From positions 160,001 to 224,000 of the forward strand of contig CAWDKY010000029.1 of assembly GCA_963802945.1 (NCBI GenBank): a stretch of DNA of 64,000 bases. The letters run 5' to 3'. Of this stretch, positions 60,132-64,000 are shown piece by piece; position 1 is the first letter of the stretch; every line of letters starts with the position of its first letter. The DNA is from an uncultured delta proteobacterium (GTDB lineage: Bacteria > Desulfobacterota > RBG-13-43-22). Under the pieces are notes generated by a model, which searched no databases, was not told where the DNA came from, and saw only the letters and a program-made list of their open reading frames with translations. The translations under genes and the position numbers were made by a program.

Positions 60132-60911
60132 TTGAACGGATCTTTGATCGCCTTCAGCTATCGGTTTAAAGAATGTCCGGACGTGGCGATTATTCAGGCC
60201 CGGCCCAATTTTTCCGATTTTAGTCCGGAGGAGAAACAGCAAATAAGGGAAGCCGAAAAGGTCTATTATCCGACACAGCTTTATGTGGATCTGTTTATTA
60301 CCATGGGAAAAAAAATTTTCCCCAGCCGTGAAACCTATGTTTATTCAGGCGACAAGATCAAACAGACCGCCCTGTTTCAATTTTTACGAATTCCTCATCC
60401 TCGAACCCAGGTGTATTTCGGGCGCCAAAAAAAAAGGATCAAAAACGATTTTTCCTTTCCTTTCATCGCCAAGATTCCCCGTGGATCCTCCATGGGGCAG
60501 GGAGTTTTTCTGATCCATAACGATGAAGAATTGAGACGTTATCTGCATCGATCCCCGGTGGCTTATGTTCAGGAATATCTTCCTCTGGATCGAGATCTGC
60601 GCGTGATCCTTATTAATCATCAGATCATTTTAGCTTATTGGAAAATTGCCCCAGAGGGAGAGTTCCGGAATAATCTGGCCCAAGGAGCTTCCATCCGATT
60701 TGATGTTGTTCCGGATGAGGCCTTGATTTTTGCCGAACATGTGACCCAGAGGTGTAATTTTAATGACGTAGGACTGGATTTGTGCCATACTTTCGATAGG
60801 GGATGGATGATCCTGGAGGCCAATATGAATTACGGCCTTCAGGGTTTAAAAGAAAAAGGGATGGATATTCGGCTGGTGTTGAGGGACTTAAAGTTGGAAG
60901 GGAAGATTTAG
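60132..60911 (+). CDS. RimK-like ATP-grasp protein
   Basis: 'FPFIAKIPRGSSMGQGVFL', 'YVQEYL...DLRV', 'FRNNLAQG', 'LEAN'. Confidence 0.85.
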   Translation: MNGSLIAFSYRFKECPDVAIIQARPNFSDFSPEEKQQIREAEKVYYPTQLYVDLFITMGKKIFPSRETYVYSGDKIKQTALFQFLRIPHPRTQVYFGRQKKRIKNDFSFPFIAKIPRGSSMGQGVFLIHNDEELRRYLHRSPVAYVQEYLPLDRDLRVILINHQIILAYWKIAPEGEFRNNLAQGASIRFDVVPDEALIFAEHVTQRCNFNDVGLDLCHTFDRGWMILEANMNYGLQGLKEKGMDIRLVLRDLKLEGKI

Positions 60912-60940
60912 CGAAAACTATTTGAAATTATTTAACTTGT

Positions 60941-61057
60941 AATTCACCGTAGCTTGCTACAGGGCACCAAAAAGGATGAGTTCGAGAAACCTTTGGTTTC
61001 TCGATCAAAGAAGAATTACCATTTGATACCCTGCAGCTTGCTGCGGGGAGGTTCATT
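60941..61057. mobile_element. IS200/IS605-derived palindrome-associated miniature element
   Basis: Two hairpins CCGTAGCTTGCTACAGG and CCCTGCAGCTTGCTGCGGGG, with an inner TCGAGAAACC-TTT-GGTTTCTCGA hairpin. Confidence 0.6.
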
Positions 61058-61227
61058 TAATGAGTTAGAAGGTAGTTAACAGAATTGGGATGACCCGTAA
61101 AAAGATTTAAAGTTTTCACATTGACTTCTGTCTTCTGACTTCGGGGTTCTAAAGATTGTCTTAAGAAGACCCGATTAATAAAATGATTAGAGATGAATAT
61201 TCAAACTAAACTTAGGTAAAAATTTTT

Positions 61228-61638
61228 ATGATGGTCCTTGATTTACAATGCGCCAATGAGCATTTTTTCGAAGGCTGGTTTGCCAATTCGGAGGCCTTTT
61301 ATCGACAAAAGGGGGCCGGTGAAATCCGCTGCCCGGTTTGTGAAGATAATCGAATCAGCCAGGCCCTGTCACCTGTGGCCATTAAACGACATTCACGAAA
61401 CTTCAATAAGGAAGAAGAGACGAATCCCCTTATCGTTAAATTACAGCAATTTTATAAATATGTTGAAGAGAACTTTGAAGAAGTAGGGACCGATTTTTCT
61501 AAAGAGGCCTTGAAAATACACTATGGGGTTGCCGATCAACGTAATATCCGGGGGACTTCGACGGCTGATGAGGAAAAATTATTAAAAGAAGAGGGTGTGG
61601 AATTTTACAAAATCCCTTTCCCCAAGGGGGATCATTAG
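61228..61638 (+). CDS. DUF1178 family protein
   Basis: 'DLQC..EH.FEGWF', 'CPVC', 'VG..F.KEALKIHYG...RNIRG'. Confidence 0.88.
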   Translation: MMVLDLQCANEHFFEGWFANSEAFYRQKGAGEIRCPVCEDNRISQALSPVAIKRHSRNFNKEEETNPLIVKLQQFYKYVEENFEEVGTDFSKEALKIHYGVADQRNIRGTSTADEEKLLKEEGVEFYKIPFPKGDH

Positions 61639-61645
61639 ACCGTTT

Positions 61646-62329
61646 ATGGGCCTGAACTTGTTAAAGCAATGGAGTACGGGTGCCCTAATTGCTTTGGCCA
61701 CCGTTTTCATAAAAGCCTGGTTCGGTACCTGCCGCCCAAGGATCCTGCACGATGAGTTTCACAAAGAGTTTTTACTGGGTACCCGGCAATTCATAGGCGT
61801 CACCTGGCACCGGGCCTCCATTTTTTTCTGCTACTATTACGGTCCGTTTCACCCCATGATGATGTTCAGCCAAAGTCCGGATGGGGAATATATGGCCCGT
61901 TTTGCCCAGAAATGCGGCGTTATTCCGGTCAGAGGGTCATCCACCCGTGGGGGAGAGAGGGGTTTGATCCAAATGATCCGATCTATTCAAGAAGGGAAGC
62001 GGATATGTTCCACAGTTTTGGATGGCCCCCAAGGACCTCGTTTTAAGGCCAAAAAAGGTCTCCTTTTTTTGGCTAAAAAGACCGGCCTTCCCTTGCTTCC
62101 TGTCATCTGGTCGGCTCGACGAACCATCACCCTTGAAAAAACCTGGGATAAGACCCTGATTCCCTGGCCTTTTAGCGAGGTGGTTATTGCCTATGGTTCC
62201 CCAATGATGGTTCCTGAAGAGTGCACCGAATCGGAAATGGAAGCATTGCGGTTGGAGTTAGAAAATCGCTTAAATACGATTATGACGGAGGCTGACCAAG
62301 CTTGCAGTTATCAGACCCGATGGGATTGA
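61646..62329 (+). CDS. DUF374 / lysophospholipid acyltransferase family protein
   Basis: 'WH', 'SQSPDGE', 'VRGSSTRGG', 'DGPQGP', 'WDKTLIPWPFS'. Confidence 0.85.
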   Translation: MGLNLLKQWSTGALIALATVFIKAWFGTCRPRILHDEFHKEFLLGTRQFIGVTWHRASIFFCYYYGPFHPMMMFSQSPDGEYMARFAQKCGVIPVRGSSTRGGERGLIQMIRSIQEGKRICSTVLDGPQGPRFKAKKGLLFLAKKTGLPLLPVIWSARRTITLEKTWDKTLIPWPFSEVVIAYGSPMMVPEECTESEMEALRLELENRLNTIMTEADQACSYQTRWD

Positions 62330-62330
62330 A

Positions 62331-62515
62331 GAATGCGGATTGTGAAATCATGAACTCGAGAATTCGATTCCAGAGACCCGATACCGGATGCCGGATGAAA
62401 GCCTCTATATCCATCCGGCAGGGGGCCTCTTGTATCCGAGATTGGTCAACTTATAAACCTTTTCTTTTCATCCCTCGTTTTTCAATCCACAATCTGTAAT
62501 CCGAAATCAGAAATC
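62331..62515. repeat. Degenerate nested inverted heptamer arms between convergent genes
   Basis: AATGCGGATTGTGAAAT ... AATCCACAATCTGTAATCCGAAATC enclosing GATACCGGATGCCGGATG ... CATCCGGCA. Confidence 0.55.
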
Positions 62516-62516
62516 G

Positions 62517-62792
62517 TTAGTGGTAATAACCGTTATGGATCTTGCCTAATTTTTTCATATGGAAAATTTTAGCCAATTCCCGAAGGAGGTGATTGGTGGA
62601 TTTTTCAATTTTTTCCAGATCCCGGTCGTTGAGAAGATCGGGTTGAAAGTCAGCGATCAATTCTTTCAAATTTTCCAGTTGTTGAAAGATATCCAGATGG
62701 ATAGCCTGTCCTCCCATAAACGCATGCACTTCCAGAATGGTCTCGAGGCAATTCTGTAACCGCAATTGTTTTTGTTGGGCTTTTATATTCAT
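62517..62792 (-). CDS. Hypothetical protein
   Basis: 91-aa helical ORF co-oriented with upstream pil-associated genes. Confidence 0.6.
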   Translation of the reverse strand: MNIKAQQKQLRLQNCLETILEVHAFMGGQAIHLDIFQQLENLKELIADFQPDLLNDRDLEKIEKSTNHLLRELAKIFHMKKLGKIHNGYYH

Positions 62793-62906
62793 GGATTGCT
62801 GTAGTTCATTTTAAGGTTAAGGACTAATCGATTTAAGGGGTTAGTAAAAAAGCCATTTTTGATACTTGAACCCTCAAGTCATCGGCTTGGGTTGAGTTCG
62901 TTAAAT

Positions 62907-63374
62907 TTAATATCTGAAAATTTGGAGGCGGGTCTGAATAAAAACCAGGTATAGATCCCTCCAAAGGGACCATGATTTTTTTATTTGTTTGGTGATTTCC
63001 GGCAATTGGTCGGGGTGAATTACTAAATTGACGCTATAAGAAAAGGCGGACAACATGTCTCCGGATTTGATATTTGTGCCGACCCAGACCACAAAAGTTT
63101 CTCTTCTTTGGCTCGTGGGCATATTTTGAATATATTCCAGCAAGGGGTTTGGTTGGGAATTTTTGCTACCAAAATCCTCTGCCAGTATAAAAAATTCAGG
63201 TTGTTCAAATTGAAGGACAGGAAGCACCTCCTCCACTTTGTTGACTAATAAAGGGTGTCCTCCTTCTTTACGGATGGCATTGACCAAAGGTTCAACCCCT
63301 GGGGATTGACCAGCGATTAATACCGTTCGATCGGACAAAGGGTTATTTTCAGATGCTGTCCATAATAGGCCCAT
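62907..63374 (-). CDS. Hypothetical protein with receiver-like alpha/beta pattern
   Basis: 'MPTSQRRETFVVWVG..IKSGDMLSAFSYSVNLVI'; downstream of pilT-like gene. Confidence 0.6.
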   Translation of the reverse strand: MGLLWTASENNPLSDRTVLIAGQSPGVEPLVNAIRKEGGHPLLVNKVEEVLPVLQFEQPEFFILAEDFGSKNSQPNPLLEYIQNMPTSQRRETFVVWVGTNIKSGDMLSAFSYSVNLVIHPDQLPEITKQIKKSWSLWRDLYLVFIQTRLQIFRY

Positions 63375-63401
63375 GAAGTTATTCTTCCTGATTCGTGAAA
63401 A

Positions 63402-64000
63402 TTATTTTCGATATTCCTGATCCAAGGCAAGATCTTCGATATCGGTTGTTTTTTCACCTCGACGGCTTTTAATCTGATCAATACCCCTTTGGGTGATGGC
63501 CCGCCTTGAGGCATAGAGTACAGCCGTTTCTTCGGAAATAAGATTTTGATTAAATTTAGAAAGAATATCTTGATCAAAGGTTTGACATCCAAAGGGCTGG
63601 CTGGTCTTCATAATTTCATAAAAGGTTTTATCTTCCGATTCTCCGTGCAAGATGAGATCTTGAACCCGAAGATTATTGATCATGACTTCAAAAACAGCCA
63701 CACGACCCAGATCGATCCGAGGCAGGAGTTTTTGGCTGACTATCCAACGAAGGGCGCCGGACAGACGGATCCGAATCTGCCTTTCCTCCTCCTGGTCGAA
63801 AAAACCTAAAATACGGTTCAAGGTCTGAGTGGCATCGATCGTATGAAGGGTGCTGAGAACCAGATGACCGGTTTCGGCGGCGTTTAAAGCGATTTCCATG
63901 GTCTCTCGGTCTCTGATTTCTCCCACCAGGATGACCTTGGGTGCCTGCCGCAAGGCCGCCCGCAGTCCATGGGCAAACGTGTCAAAATCAGTACCTAATT
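63402..64000 (-). CDS. pilT: PilT/PilU family retraction ATPase (5' part outside window)
   Basis: '[19 protein letters not shown]...[14 protein letters not shown]', 'QTFDQ'. Confidence 0.88.
   Translation of the reverse strand, partial: LGTDFDTFAHGLRAALRQAPKVILVGEIRDRETMEIALNAAETGHLVLSTLHTIDATQTLNRILGFFDQEEERQIRIRLSGALRWIVSQKLLPRIDLGRVAVFEVMINNLRVQDLILHGESEDKTFYEIMKTSQPFGCQTFDQDILSKFNQNLISEETAVLYASRRAITQRGIDQIKSRRGEKTTDIEDLALDQEYRK

Noticed and set aside
1-64000. tRNA, rRNA, riboswitch, prophage or intact integrase/transposase genes
   Set aside because: None recognised by eye. Covariance-model searches were not possible, so small RNAs may have been missed.

Overview
64 kb of chromosome that looks like an anaerobic Desulfobacterota (deltaproteobacterial) genome. 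The taxonomy is inferred from gene content: a PxxKW protein, pilB/pilC/pilS, and xseA-xseB-ispA-dxs-tlyA synteny. Many conserved genes are split by single-base indels, most likely assembly errors. Bases 1-24 kb are accessory. They hold a TlpA/cNMP-rhodanese/DoxX operon, an ORF-less group II intron, an rpoZ::moaC chimera, RRM and Csp RNA-binding proteins, and an IS1-like remnant with a passenger gene. They also hold an ~11.4 kb island bounded by a 135-bp direct repeat of the 3' end of a tRNA m6A methyltransferase gene. The island encodes a HydABC/Bfu-like NADH oxidoreductase with a non-catalytic NuoG/FdhA-like subunit, NfnAB, and a DRTGG/kinase/[FeFe]-hydrogenase-like sensor set. Bases 24-36.7 kb hold housekeeping genes and a peptide ABC transporter. 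Bases 36.7-42.5 kb are a defence/TA hotspot: HigBA, an HD-domain gene followed by two integron attC-like sites enclosing an ORF-less cassette, a type II R-M pair, a VOC gene and MazEF. Bases 42.8-64 kb hold three crotonases and core genes. The most striking unexplained pattern is a family of inverted 7-8-mer tandem-repeat arms. One pair exactly delimits a four-helix-bundle (23S rRNA-IVP/bAvd-like) gene. Empty versions sit in intergenic spaces and even in-frame inside trmJ. All calls come from reading the sequence and translated motifs; no database searches were run.
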